From: Candidatus Latescibacterota bacterium
Lineage (GTDB): Bacteria > Latescibacterota > UBA2968 > UBA8231
Direction: 5' to 3'
Assembly: GCA_965261395.1 (NCBI GenBank)
Contig: OZ253462.1
Location: 3,296,001 to 3,360,000 of the forward strand
Length of the DNA stretch: 64,000 bases
This document shows, piece by piece, positions 26,301 through 38,309 of this stretch. The translations under genes and the position numbers were made by a program. How positions within the stretch are numbered: position 1 is the first letter of the stretch; each line of letters starts with the position of its first letter. The notes beneath the pieces are model-generated. The model saw only the letters and a program-made list of their open reading frames with translations. It was not told the DNA's origin and did not search any database.

Positions 26301-27246
26301 CGCCGGTGCCGACTGCCCCCTCGTCCCGAATCTCCCCTCCGACTCCAGTGGACGCCCCGGGATAAGGCGCGATAGCAGTGGGGTGGTTGTGGGTCTCGAC
26401 CTTGATCAAGACGTGGGTTTGTCGCTGGCGGTATCCATAGCGAAAGTCCTCGTCTAGCTGCGGGCCAAAGACTGGCACATCAGAGCCCTCAATCACGCCG
26501 GCGTTGTCGGAATACGCCTTAACCGTGCCTTCGGGGTGAGCGGCGTGCGTGTGGCGAATCATGTCGAAGAGCGAGCGCGCCTCGCGCTGGCCGTCGATGA
26601 TCCAATCGGCATTGAAAATTTTGTGGCGGCAGTGCTCGGAGTTGACCACCGCAAACATCATTAGCTCCACATCGGTTGGGTCGCGGCCCGCAAAGGCGTG
26701 CAGCGCGTAGTCGATCTCCTCGTCCGAGAGGGCCAAGCCCATCTCGCGGTTGGCGACCACGAGCGCCCGTCGCCCCTCGGCCCGCACCGGGATGTGGACT
26801 AATGGCTTGGGTTCCACGCGGCGAAAGAGAGTCTCTAAGGAATTGAGCGGAGCCTCGATCATGCGGTCGTAGAGCAGCGGCAAGACCGCGCTGGGCAAGG
26901 TATCGGCGGCAAAGGCATAGAGCGTACCGCGCTCGACGCGGCGCACGAATTCGAGGCCGCAGTTTCTGAGGATGTCGGTGGCCTTGCTCGACCACGGAGA
27001 TGTCGTGCCCAGCCGCGGGCCAATGGCCACCTCGTTGCGCGCCCTCGCTGGAAGGGCCATGTCCACGTCGAGGATCCGCATGAGCCGCGCCAACTCGTCG
27101 TCGGTTAGGGTGCGTGCGCATTGCACTGCATAGAAGTACGTGGCGCGCAGATCCTCAATCTCGGGCGCACAACTCTGGCAGCGCGCTATGAGCGACCGGC
27201 GGCGAAGAAACGACAGGGCCGGGGGGCCGACAAAGGCGAGTAACAT
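23395..27246 (-). CDS. purL: phosphoribosylformylglycinamidine synthase (large single-chain type)
   Basis: NSEHCRHKIFNA, KVETHNHPTAI, HDVGAGG, GKDSLSM, HDRSDGG, GGFSYGD, LGVCNGCQ, MMPHPER. ATG at 27246 chosen as start. Confidence 0.97.
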   Translation of the reverse strand: MLLAFVGPPALSFLRRRSLIARCQSCAPEIEDLRATYFYAVQCARTLTDDELARLMRILDVDMALPARARNEVAIGPRLGTTSPWSSKATDILRNCGLEFVRRVERGTLYAFAADTLPSAVLPLLYDRMIEAPLNSLETLFRRVEPKPLVHIPVRAEGRRALVVANREMGLALSDEEIDYALHAFAGRDPTDVELMMFAVVNSEHCRHKIFNADWIIDGQREARSLFDMIRHTHAAHPEGTVKAYSDNAGVIEGSDVPVFGPQLDEDFRYGYRQRQTHVLIKVETHNHPTAIAPYPGASTGVGGEIRDEGAVGTGGWSQAGLCAFFTSHLRLPGFAQPWEKERAAFPDRLATPLAIMTEGPIGSAAFGNEFGRPNILGMFRTLEDDSTGVWRGYHKPIMVAGGVGLIDAAHVKKKTPAAGDCVIQLGGPAMLIGLGGGAASSMDTGANSEDLDFASVQRDNPEMQRRCQELISRCISLGAENPIISIHDVGAGGLSNACPELVADVGARFDLRAIHNDDPGMSPMQIWSNEAQERYVLVVGRADLDRFAELAARERCLFAVIGEITGDGTLSLDDALLGGKPIDDLDLAVILGKPPKMLRRATRSRPVRQPLALEGPSIAEAAERVLRFPAVAAKTFLITIADRTVTGLVARDQMVGPHQVPVADLAMTCHSFQGYTGSAMAMGERTPLALVDAPASGRMAIAEAITNIAAAHIGPIHRIKLSGNWMCACGEEGEDAALYDTVRAVGLEFCPAVGVSIPVGKDSLSMRAVWENAEGAAHKVVAPLSLVVSAFASVDDVRRHATPDLKRVGDTRLLLVDLGRRQNRLGGSCLAQAYNQIGSEAPDVDAGDVRGLYEAVQTLLDQDLVLAYHDRSDGGLFAAVAEMAFAGRCGVELTINTLGDDLLAALFCEEVGVVIQYRVEDEEAVYKVFADQGIADLVHGVGQPVDGADDLHLRVRHRGDLIYEAPLLDLHAAWAELTYRMQAHRDDPDCAREEYEALADGQDPGLNFHLAHEVAPTIGGKARPRVAVLREQGINGQVEMAAAFDAAACGAVDVTMTDLLAGRVELSSFHGLAACGGFSYGDVLGAGAGWARSILFHDRLREQFAAFFERPDTFSLGVCNGCQMLSHLKELIPGAANWPQFVRNRSEQFEARFATVEVLESQSVLLRGMEGSRLPIAVAHGEGRVQFGDEREIERVRMQNQLCLRYVDNYGDPAERYPANPNGSPDGLTAFTSADGRATIMMPHPERVCRNVQLSWRPAEWTGEEGPWLKLFQNALAFAAQS

Positions 27247-27391
27247 GGGATACTTTCTAAAGGGAAAAGGTTTAATAAATGTAGGTGCTGCCATGGAAAC
27301 CCTCAAGATTGGGGCGGCGCCACGAGCGCATTTTTGCACCTATTTATATAATGTCTATCTTCAGAATCTAGCCCATGCAGTTGGAGGTTCT

Positions 27392-30193
<2,802 letters not shown>

Positions 30194-30203
30194 GAGCATT
30201 TGC

Positions 30204-31451
30204 ATGTCAGTACAAGTCGAAATACCGAGCATGGGCGAATCGGTCAGTGAGGTAATTCTCCTCGAATGGCTCAAGGGCGCCGGCGAGCGCGTCGAGCAGG
30301 ACGAGCCGCTCTGCGTGCTGGAGACCGACAAGGCCAACGTCGAGCTGCCGTCCCCAGCCAGCGGCGCCCTCAAACACCTACAACCTACCGACACCACCTT
30401 AGCCATAGGGGCTATAATCGCGGAAATAGAAGAATCCGCCGCGTCAGCCCCAGCGTCTAAGCCCGAACCCGCCGCGCCCGAACCCGCGCCACCCAAACCC
30501 GAGCCCGTCCTAAGCCCAGCCGTGCGCCGCTTAGTCGAAGAGCACGAGTTGGACCCGGCTGCAATTGAGGGCACGGGTAAGGATGGGCGGCTGACGAAAA
30601 AGGACGTGCTCGCCCACCTGAAGATTCTATCTGCGCCCGAACCCGCTCAACCGCCGCCTGCACCTGAACCCACTCAACCACTACCTGCGCTCGAACCCGC
30701 TCAACCGTCCCCTGCACCCGAACCCACTCCTTCCCCCGCGCCCACCGGTCCCGATCCCATCCGCCGCGAGCCGATGAGTCGGCTGCGCCAGCGCATTGCC
30801 GAGCACTTGGTCGCCGCTCAGCACAACGCGGCCATGCTGACGACCTTCAACGAAATCGACATGAGCGGGGTGATGCAACTCAGGGCCAAATACAAGGAGC
30901 GCTTTGCCCAAGTCCACGGCGCGTCGCTGGGGCTGATGTCCTTTTTCTCGCGCGCCGCCGTCCTCGCGCTCGGCGAGTTTCCGGCAATCAACGCGCAGAT
31001 CGACGGCACCCACATTGTGTATCACGACTTCGTCAATTTGGGGATCGCGGTGAGCACGGAGCGCGGGCTAGTCGTGCCGGTTTTGCACCACGCCGATCAG
31101 ATGTCCATCGCCCAGCTCGAAAGCCACATCAAGCGGCTCGCGCTAAGCGCCCGCGACAACAAGCTGGCCATGAACGAGCTGAGCGGCGGCACCTTTACTA
31201 TCACCAACGGCGGGGTCTTCGGCTCGCTGCTTTCCACGCCGATTCTAAACGCGCCACAAAGTGGGATTCTGGGGATGCACGCGATCCAAGAGCGGCCCGT
31301 GGCCGTGGACGGCCAAGTGGTTATTCGGCCGATGATGTACATAGCGCTGTCCTACGATCACCGGCTCGTCGATGGCCAGCAATCGGTCTCGTTTTTGGTG
31401 CGGTTGAAAGAACTTCTCGAAGATCCAGCGCGGCTGCTGTTAGAGGTATAG
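30204..31451 (+). CDS. sucB: dihydrolipoyl succinyltransferase E2
   Basis: Lipoyl motif ETDKA, E3-binding [10 protein letters not shown], catalytic SYDHRLVDG. Confidence 0.96.
   Translation: MSVQVEIPSMGESVSEVILLEWLKGAGERVEQDEPLCVLETDKANVELPSPASGALKHLQPTDTTLAIGAIIAEIEESAASAPASKPEPAAPEPAPPKPEPVLSPAVRRLVEEHELDPAAIEGTGKDGRLTKKDVLAHLKILSAPEPAQPPPAPEPTQPLPALEPAQPSPAPEPTPSPAPTGPDPIRREPMSRLRQRIAEHLVAAQHNAAMLTTFNEIDMSGVMQLRAKYKERFAQVHGASLGLMSFFSRAAVLALGEFPAINAQIDGTHIVYHDFVNLGIAVSTERGLVVPVLHHADQMSIAQLESHIKRLALSARDNKLAMNELSGGTFTITNGGVFGSLLSTPILNAPQSGILGMHAIQERPVAVDGQVVIRPMMYIALSYDHRLVDGQQSVSFLVRLKELLEDPARLLLEV
30633..30742 (+). repeat. imperfect 27-bp tandem repeat (about 4 units) in the sucB linker
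   Basis: Encodes [35 protein letters not shown]. Confidence 0.75.
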
Positions 31452-31465
31452 CCAGCACCGCATCC

Positions 31466-32866
31466 ATGCAAAAAGGAACAACTGTGAGCGACACTGCATT
31501 CGACTTAGTGGTTATCGGCGCTGGGCCGGGCGGCTACGTGGCCGCGAGCAAGGCGGCGCAACTCGGCATGAAGGTGGCCTGTATCGACAAAAGCTACCTC
31601 GGCGGCACCTGCCTCAACGTCGGCTGCATCCCCAGCAAGGCGCTGCTGGAATCGAGTGCTTTGTTCTACAGAGCCAAGAAGGGGTTGGGGCACCACGGAA
31701 TTGGGCAGGGCGAAGTGGGCTTGGACCTACAGGCCATGATGGCGCGAAAAGACAAAATCGTCCAGACCATGACCAAGGGCATTGAAGGGCTGTTTAAGGG
31801 CCGGAAGGTGGCGCATTTCGTCGGCAAGGGCCAAGTCCTCGCCCCGGGGAGCGTGTCGGTGCAAGGTGCCGACGGCGAGCAGGTGCTGTCTGCCAAGCAC
31901 ATCCTGTTGGCCACGGGGAGCACGCCCGTGGAGCTGCCGAATCTGCCTTTTGATGGGAAACACATAATCAGTTCGACCGAGGCCCTAACCTTAGAAAAGG
32001 TGCCGGAGCGGCTCGTCGTCATTGGCGGCGGTGCCATTGGGTTGGAACTGGGTTCCGTGTGGGCGCGGCTGGGTGCCCAAGTGCTCGTAGTGGAGGCTAT
32101 GGATCAGATTTTGCCGGAGATGGACCAAGAGATGGCCCAGCAGCTAGAACGGCTGCTCAAGCGACAGGGACTCAAGGTGTTGCTCGGTGCCAAGGCCCAA
32201 GCAGCCGCGATCGCAGAAGGCCAAGTGACGCTGACCATAGCGGCCGGCGATCAAGAGCGCGTCGAGACGTGCGATCAGGTATTGGTGGCGGTGGGGCGCA
32301 AACCATGCAGCGCGGGATTGGGGCTGGAAGACGTGGGCGCGGCAATCAACGAGCGGGGACAGGTGCTAATTGACGCGCAGGGGCGCACCAATGTCGAGGG
32401 AATCTGGGCTATCGGCGACCTTGTGCCCGGGCCGATGCTGGCCCACAAGGCCGAGGCCGAAGGCGTCGCGGTTGCCGAGCGGATAGCCGGACGCGCCGGG
32501 CAGGTCAATTACGAGGCCATCCCCTCGGTAGTGTACACTCATCCAGAACTAGCCTCCGTCGGCATCAGTGAGGAAGAAGCCACCGTGGCCGGCCACAAGA
32601 TCGCCGTCGGCAAGTACCTCTTTCGCGGCAATGCTCGCGCCCACTGCATGGACGACATCGACGGCCTAGTCAAGATCGTCGCCGATGCACACACCGACCA
32701 GCTTTTGGGAATGCACATCCTCGGGCCGCAGGCTTCGCACCTGATTGCCGAGGGCGTCTTGGCCCTAGAGTTCGGCGCGAGTGCCGAAGACGTGGCCCGC
32801 ACCGTCCACGCGCATCCGGCGCTGTCAGAGGTCGTAGGCGAGGCAGCGCGGGCCGTAGCGTCATGA
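31466..32866 (+). CDS. lpdA: dihydrolipoyl dehydrogenase E3
   Basis: GAGPGG, GGTCLNVGCIPSK, GGGAIG, MLAHKA, HPALSE. Start may be GTG at 31484. Confidence 0.96.
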   Translation: MQKGTTVSDTAFDLVVIGAGPGGYVAASKAAQLGMKVACIDKSYLGGTCLNVGCIPSKALLESSALFYRAKKGLGHHGIGQGEVGLDLQAMMARKDKIVQTMTKGIEGLFKGRKVAHFVGKGQVLAPGSVSVQGADGEQVLSAKHILLATGSTPVELPNLPFDGKHIISSTEALTLEKVPERLVVIGGGAIGLELGSVWARLGAQVLVVEAMDQILPEMDQEMAQQLERLLKRQGLKVLLGAKAQAAAIAEGQVTLTIAAGDQERVETCDQVLVAVGRKPCSAGLGLEDVGAAINERGQVLIDAQGRTNVEGIWAIGDLVPGPMLAHKAEAEGVAVAERIAGRAGQVNYEAIPSVVYTHPELASVGISEEEATVAGHKIAVGKYLFRGNARAHCMDDIDGLVKIVADAHTDQLLGMHILGPQASHLIAEGVLALEFGASAEDVARTVHAHPALSEVVGEAARAVAS

Positions 32867-33636
32867 GGCTCGCTGACAAAGTCGTCCTCATCACCGGCGC
32901 TGGCTCGGGCATCGGCCGCCAAACCGCGCTGCACTGCGCCCGCGAAGGCGCGCACATTGCAGCCGTTGACATCGACGCGGCCACGGCCGAGCAAACGGCC
33001 ACCACCATCGCCGCTGACAACGGGCAGGCCATCGCCATCGCCGCGGACGTGTCCCGCGCCGCCGACTGCGAGCGCATGGTGCAGCAAGCCGAAGCCGCTT
33101 ATGGCCGCCTCGACGTGCTGTTCAACAACGCCGGCATCTCACACCACGCCGACGCCGACGCCATCGACACCGAAGAAGAGGTCTGGGATCTGACCATGGC
33201 CGTCAATCTCAAGGGCGTCTTTTTGGGCTGCAAATACGGCATCCCGGCCCTGCGCCGCGCCGGCGGCGGCGCCATCGTCAACACCGCCTCTTTTGTCGCC
33301 TTGCTCGGAGCGGCCACGCCCCAATTGGCCTATACCGCCAGCAAGGGCGGCGTCCTCGCGCTAACGCGCGAGTTAGCGGTTGTCCACGCCCGCGAAAACA
33401 TCCGCGTCAACGCGCTCTGCCCCGGCCCCCTGCGCACCGAGCTGTTGATGAAATACCTCGACAGCGAAGAGAAGCGCCAGCGCCGCTTGGTCCACATCCC
33501 CATGGGGCGCTTCGGCGAGGCTGAAGAAATCGCCCGCACGGTCGTCTTCTTGGCCTCGGACGATGCCTCCTTCATCACCGGCGCGACTTTCGCCGTCGAT
33601 GGCGGCATCACCGCTGCCTATGTCACTCCAGAGTGA
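32863..33636 (+). CDS. SDR-family oxidoreductase
   Basis: TGAGSGIG, NNAG, YTASK catalytic motif, PG, VDGG. Confidence 0.93.
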   Translation: MRLADKVVLITGAGSGIGRQTALHCAREGAHIAAVDIDAATAEQTATTIAADNGQAIAIAADVSRAADCERMVQQAEAAYGRLDVLFNNAGISHHADADAIDTEEEVWDLTMAVNLKGVFLGCKYGIPALRRAGGGAIVNTASFVALLGAATPQLAYTASKGGVLALTRELAVVHARENIRVNALCPGPLRTELLMKYLDSEEKRQRRLVHIPMGRFGEAEEIARTVVFLASDDASFITGATFAVDGGITAAYVTPE

Positions 33637-33644
33637 GGCCGCCC

Positions 33645-34295
33645 ATGCGCTTTGCGGCCGCAGTTTTCGACCTCGACGGCACCCTGCTCGACACGCTCGC
33701 CGACCTCGCGGATTCGACTAACGCTGCGCTCGCCGCGGCTGGGCATCCGCCGCATCCCATTGACGCGTACCGCTACTTTATCGGCAACGGCATTGAAAAC
33801 TTGGTGCGCTGCGCCCTGCCTGCCACGGCCCGCGACGACGCTTCCGTCGCTCGCGCCAAGGCCGCGATGGAAGCCGAGTACAGCCGGCGCTGGCAGGCCA
33901 AAACCCAGCCCTACGCAGGCGTCCCCGAGTTGCTCGACGCACTGAGCGAGCGCCAGATGCCCATGGCCATCCTCTCCAACAAGCCCCAAGCCTTTACGCG
34001 CCTCACCGTCGATGCACTGCTGCCGCGCTGGTCCTTCCACCCGGTCTGCGGGGCGCAGCCCGACGTCCCGCGCAAGCCCGACCCGGCGGCGGCCCTGTAC
34101 ATCGCCGCGGCCCTCGGCCACAGCCCGGAAGAGTGCCTCTACTTAGGCGACACGGACACGGATATGCAGACTGCTACTCGCGCTGGCATGTACGCCTTGG
34201 GGGCCACGTGGGGCTTTCGCTCCGGGGATGAATTGCGCCGTAGCGGCGCCCGCGACTTGCTCGACGCGCCGCTGGACCTATTGAATTTCCTGTAA
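33645..34295 (+). CDS. HAD-family hydrolase (phosphoglycolate-phosphatase-like)
   Basis: FDLDGTLLDT, LSNK, RKPDP, YLGDTDTD. Start may be GTG at 33633. Confidence 0.9.
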   Translation: MRFAAAVFDLDGTLLDTLADLADSTNAALAAAGHPPHPIDAYRYFIGNGIENLVRCALPATARDDASVARAKAAMEAEYSRRWQAKTQPYAGVPELLDALSERQMPMAILSNKPQAFTRLTVDALLPRWSFHPVCGAQPDVPRKPDPAAALYIAAALGHSPEECLYLGDTDTDMQTATRAGMYALGATWGFRSGDELRRSGARDLLDAPLDLLNFL

Positions 34296-34324
34296 ACCAC
34301 TGCATAACTCAGAAAGGGCGAACC

Positions 34325-35638
34325 ATGAGCGAATTTTTTGAGGGCATCGAAAAAATTGCCTACGAAGGCCCGGATTCTAAAAACCCCCTAGCCTTCAAGC
34401 ACTACGCCGCCGAGGCCACGGTCGGCGGCAAGACCATGGCCGAGCACCTGCGCTTTTCCGTGGCCTTTTGGCACAGCTTTAAGGGCGGGGGTATCGATCC
34501 CTTCGGCCCGACTCCGGTGTACGACCGCCCCTGGGACCGCGCCGCCGACCCCATGCAGCGCGCCGAGGACACCTTGCGCGCGGCCTTTGAGTTCATCACC
34601 AAACTCGGCGCGCCGTTCTACTGCTGGCACGACCGCGACATCGCGCCCGAAGGCGAGACCCTCAAAGAGAGCAACGACCGCCTCGACCACATCGTGGGGC
34701 TGGCCGAGCAATTGCAAGCCGACACGGGCGTCCGCTTGCTCTGGGGCACGTCCAACTGTTTCTCGCACGCGCGCTTTACTCACGGGGCCGCCACCAACCC
34801 CGACGCCCACGTCTTTGCCTGGGCCGCGGCTCAGATCAAGAAAGCCATGGAATGCACCCATCGGCTCGGGGGGGCCAACTACGTGTTTTGGGGTGGGCGC
34901 GAGGGGTACTCCAGTTTGCTCAACACCAACATGGCCCACGAGCAAGACCAGCTCGCGCGCTTCTTGCACATGGCCGTTGAACACAAAAAGGCAATCGGCT
35001 TTACCGGCACCCTGCTCGTGGAGCCCAAACCCAAAGAGCCGACCAAGCACCAGTACGACTACGACGCCGCTACCGTCTTGAGCTTTCTCCGCAAATACGA
35101 CCTGTTGGACGAGTTCAAGCTCAACATCGAAGCTAACCACGCCACCTTGGCCGGCCACACCTTTGAACACGACCTCCAGCTCGCCTCGGCCGATGGCAAA
35201 CTGGGCAGCATTGACGCCAACCGCGGCGATTACCTGCTCGGCTGGGACACCGACCAATTCCCCACCGACCTCTACTCCGCCACCTACGCCATGCTGGTGA
35301 TCCTCAAACAAGACGGCATCGCGCCTGGGGGCATCAACTTCGACGCCAAGGTGCGACGCGGTTCCTGTGACTTGGAGGATCTCTTCCACGCCCACATCGG
35401 CGGCATGGACTCGTTTGCCCGCGGACTAACGCTGGCCCAGCGCATCATCGACGACGGCGCACTCGACGCCTTTGTCGAGGCGCGCTACGCCTCGTACCGC
35501 AGCGGCATTGGCGAGAAGATCATGCGCGGCGAGACCAACTTCGCCGAGCTAGCGGCATACATCCACCAGCACGGCGAGCCGGAAAAGCGCAGTGGCCGCG
35601 AGGAAATGCTGGAGAATATCGTCAATAGTTATCTGTAA
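34325..35638 (+). CDS. xylA: xylose isomerase (class II)
   Basis: NPLAFKHY, FWHSF, WHDRD, FWGGREGY, EPKPKEPTKHQYD, NIEANHATLAGH, GWDTDQFP. Confidence 0.96.
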   Translation: MSEFFEGIEKIAYEGPDSKNPLAFKHYAAEATVGGKTMAEHLRFSVAFWHSFKGGGIDPFGPTPVYDRPWDRAADPMQRAEDTLRAAFEFITKLGAPFYCWHDRDIAPEGETLKESNDRLDHIVGLAEQLQADTGVRLLWGTSNCFSHARFTHGAATNPDAHVFAWAAAQIKKAMECTHRLGGANYVFWGGREGYSSLLNTNMAHEQDQLARFLHMAVEHKKAIGFTGTLLVEPKPKEPTKHQYDYDAATVLSFLRKYDLLDEFKLNIEANHATLAGHTFEHDLQLASADGKLGSIDANRGDYLLGWDTDQFPTDLYSATYAMLVILKQDGIAPGGINFDAKVRRGSCDLEDLFHAHIGGMDSFARGLTLAQRIIDDGALDAFVEARYASYRSGIGEKIMRGETNFAELAAYIHQHGEPEKRSGREEMLENIVNSYL

Positions 35639-35671
35639 GGAAGGACGCCGCGAGAAATACGGGGGCTAAGC

Positions 35672-36658
35672 TCAATTGTCCCGTGGCACGGCCATCATCC
35701 GCTCCAACGCCCGCCGCGCCCCCACAATCACCTCGTCGTCCAGCTTGATTTCGTAGCGCTTGTAGAGCAGCGAAAAGTACACGTCTTGCAGGTCGGTGAT
35801 TTTCATGTAGGGGCAGTGTAGCCGGCAGCCAATGCAGCCGTCAGCCGCTACGAACTCTTGGTGCGGGAAGCGCTGCCGGAGCTGGTGCAGCATGCCGTTT
35901 TCCGTGGCGATGATGAAGCTCTTGGCCTCGGGGTACTTTTCCACGGCCTTGAGCATCCCCGTGGTCGAGCACACTTCGTGCGCGATTTCGACCACGTCCT
36001 CGCGGCATTCTGGGTGCGCGATGATGACGGCCTCGGGAAACTCGCTGCGGGTGCGCTCGACGCTGGCGGCGCGCAGCACGTCGTGCGTCGGGCAAACGCC
36101 GTCGTACACGACGATCTCTTTCTCCGGCACCTGCTCGGCCACCCAGCGGCCCAAGTTGCGGTCGGGCGTAAAGAGGATCTTGTCGCTATCGAGGCTGCGC
36201 ACCACCGAGACGGCGTTGGCCGAGGTGCAGCAGATGTTGGACTCGGCCTTCACCTCGGCCGTGGAGTTGACGTACGTCACCACCGTGTGATCGGGATAAT
36301 CTGCTTTCCAATCGTCGAGGCTTTCGGGGGTAATGGAGTCGGCTAGCGAACAGCCCGCGCCTAAATGGGGCAAGAACACCTGCTTGTCGGGGCTGAGGAT
36401 TTTGGCCGACTCGGCCATGAAATGCACGCCGCAAAAGACGATGCGCTCGGCATCCGCCTTGGCCGCTTCCACTGACAGCCCGAGCGAATCACCCGTGAAA
36501 TCGGCCAAGTCTTGGATCGGCGGAATTTGGTAGTTGTGCGCGAGGATGACCGCGTTTTTCTCGCGGCGCAAGCGGTTGATCTGGGCGATGAGCTCCTCGG
36601 CGGGCAGGTCGCTGTGGTACTGCCCAGCGGCTGGGGCAATCGTCTCTGAGTAAGTCAT
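35672..36658 (-). CDS. nadA: quinolinate synthase
   Basis: ILAHNYQ, GDSL, FCGVHFMAE, AGCSLA, YVNS, CTSANA, CPTH, AHPEC, CPYMK. ATG at 36658 overlaps the stop of the upstream small gene. Confidence 0.96.
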   Translation of the reverse strand: MTYSETIAPAAGQYHSDLPAEELIAQINRLRREKNAVILAHNYQIPPIQDLADFTGDSLGLSVEAAKADAERIVFCGVHFMAESAKILSPDKQVFLPHLGAGCSLADSITPESLDDWKADYPDHTVVTYVNSTAEVKAESNICCTSANAVSVVRSLDSDKILFTPDRNLGRWVAEQVPEKEIVVYDGVCPTHDVLRAASVERTRSEFPEAVIIAHPECREDVVEIAHEVCSTTGMLKAVEKYPEAKSFIIATENGMLHQLRQRFPHQEFVAADGCIGCRLHCPYMKITDLQDVYFSLLYKRYEIKLDDEVIVGARRALERMMAVPRDN

Positions 36659-36864
36659 GGCTTGCCTTGCGCTCCTTCGTCGGGGGGGATGGTCTCGGTG
36701 CCGTTGGGAAAAACGCGCCAAAACTCCTTGCGAATGAGGCCGGCGATCATGGCGCTTTTGCTGCTGCCGTGATAGCGGGCAATTGCGTCGAGCATCTCGT
36801 GATCCCTGTCGGGTGCCGAAAAGGTTCGCACCTTGGCCCGGCGACTGTGATCTTTGGTTGGCAT
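36655..36864 (-). CDS. small ribbon-helix-helix/CopG-like DNA-binding protein
   Basis: 69 aa; beta strand KVRTFS, helix DRDHEMLDAIARYHG, helix SKSAMIAGLIRKEF; 4-bp overlap with nadA. Confidence 0.65.
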   Translation of the reverse strand: MPTKDHSRRAKVRTFSAPDRDHEMLDAIARYHGSSKSAMIAGLIRKEFWRVFPNGTETIPPDEGAQGKP

Positions 36865-36882
36865 TATATCTTTCTTATATAA

Positions 36883-36931
36883 AATTTAATTAATATGTAT
36901 GTAATTTAATGAATCACTGGCGGTCCGTCAA
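36883..36931 (-). promoter_or_regulatory. promoter and candidate operator of the RHH-nadA operon
   Basis: On the minus strand: TTGACG (36931-36926), 17 nt, TAAATT (36908-36903). ATTAAATT occurs twice, 20 bp apart, in an AT-rich patch. Confidence 0.55.
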
Positions 36932-37004
36932 TATAGAAGTAACCATTTTTTAACAGAATTTTCGCAAGCGAGCTGCGACAATAAGAAAGGTGTGGGACGC
37001 GGGC

Positions 37005-38231
37005 CTATAGCTGGCTAATCCGCTCCATGGCCTCTTCAATCCGGTCGCGGTGATTGAAGGCCGATAGGCGCAGATATCCCTCGCCAGCCGCGCCAAAACC
37101 CGCACCCGGCGTGCCGACGATGTGGGCCCTGTCGAGCAAGCAGTCGAAGTAAGTCCAACTGTCCTGCCCGTCGGGCGTGGCTACCCACAAATAGGGAGCG
37201 TGCTCGCCCCCGTACACGGTAAGCCCGGCCGCCCCCAACTGCTGGCGCATGATCGCGGCATTTTCCATGTAGAACGCAACCCGCTCGGCAATGCCCTGCT
37301 GGCCGGCCGGCGAGTACGCGGCTGCCGCGCCGCGCTGCACCGGATACGCCACGCCGTTAAACTTGGTCGAGTGCCGCCGCGCCCACAGTCGATGCAGATC
37401 CACTTCCTCGCCCGAGGCAGCGCGGCCCTTGAGTTCCTTCGGCACCACGATGTACCCACAGCGCAGACCGGTAAAGCCGGCGTTCTTGGAAAAGCTGCGA
37501 AACTCGATGGCTACCTCTCGGGCACCTTCGACCTCGTAGATGGAGTGCGGGACTGACGGATCGGTGATGTAGCTTTCGTAGGCCGCGTCAAATAGAATGA
37601 CGGCCTGCTCGCGACGGGCGTATTCGATCCAGCGGGCCAAGGCGTCGCGGGTCATCACCGCGCCCGTGGGATTGTTGGGCGAGCACAAGTAGATCAGATC
37701 GACGTGGCCTGTGGGCAGGTCCGGGATGAAGTCATTGGCGGCCGTACACGGCATGTAGATCAAGCCGGCGTACGAACCGTTCGCATCGGCTGGGCCAGTG
37801 CGGCCGGCCATGACGTTGGAATCGCAGTACACTGGATAGACCGGATCGGTCAGCGCGACCACGCAATCGCCGGCGAAAATTTCCTGCACATTGCCCGAGT
37901 CGCACTTGGACCCGTCGGAGACAAAAATCTCGTCGCTGTGCACCTGCACGCCGCGTGCGGCAAAGTCGTGCTCGACAATGGCTGCGCGCAAAAAATCCTG
38001 GCCTTGGTCGGGCGGATAGCCCTGTAAGGTGTCGTCGTGGGCCATTTCCTCGACGGCCTCTTTCATCGCATCGACAATCGGCCGCGGGATGCCCTTGACC
38101 ACGTCGCCGATCCCCAAGCGGATCACGTCGGCTTGGGGGTGAGCGGCGGCAAACGCATCGACCCGGCGGGAGATTTCTGGAAAAAGGTAACCGGCTTTGA
38201 GCTTGAGGTAATGATCGTTGATATGCACCAT
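37005..38231 (-). CDS. dapL: LL-diaminopimelate aminotransferase
   Basis: [58 protein letters not shown]. Confidence 0.95.
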   Translation of the reverse strand: MVHINDHYLKLKAGYLFPEISRRVDAFAAAHPQADVIRLGIGDVVKGIPRPIVDAMKEAVEEMAHDDTLQGYPPDQGQDFLRAAIVEHDFAARGVQVHSDEIFVSDGSKCDSGNVQEIFAGDCVVALTDPVYPVYCDSNVMAGRTGPADANGSYAGLIYMPCTAANDFIPDLPTGHVDLIYLCSPNNPTGAVMTRDALARWIEYARREQAVILFDAAYESYITDPSVPHSIYEVEGAREVAIEFRSFSKNAGFTGLRCGYIVVPKELKGRAASGEEVDLHRLWARRHSTKFNGVAYPVQRGAAAAYSPAGQQGIAERVAFYMENAAIMRQQLGAAGLTVYGGEHAPYLWVATPDGQDSWTYFDCLLDRAHIVGTPGAGFGAAGEGYLRLSAFNHRDRIEEAMERISQL

Positions 38232-38309
38232 GACATTGCTTTCTTTTGTGAGAGTGAGCACAAAAATCTAACCATAAGACCCGTGATTTCAAGCGGAGGA
38301 GACTCGCTC

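Noticed and set aside
27140-27391. Extended N-termini of purL (27339) and sucA (27140) given by the ORF track
   Set aside because: They would overlap head-to-head across an AT-rich divergent promoter region. Family-like sequence starts at 27246 and 27392, the latter with a GGAGG RBS.
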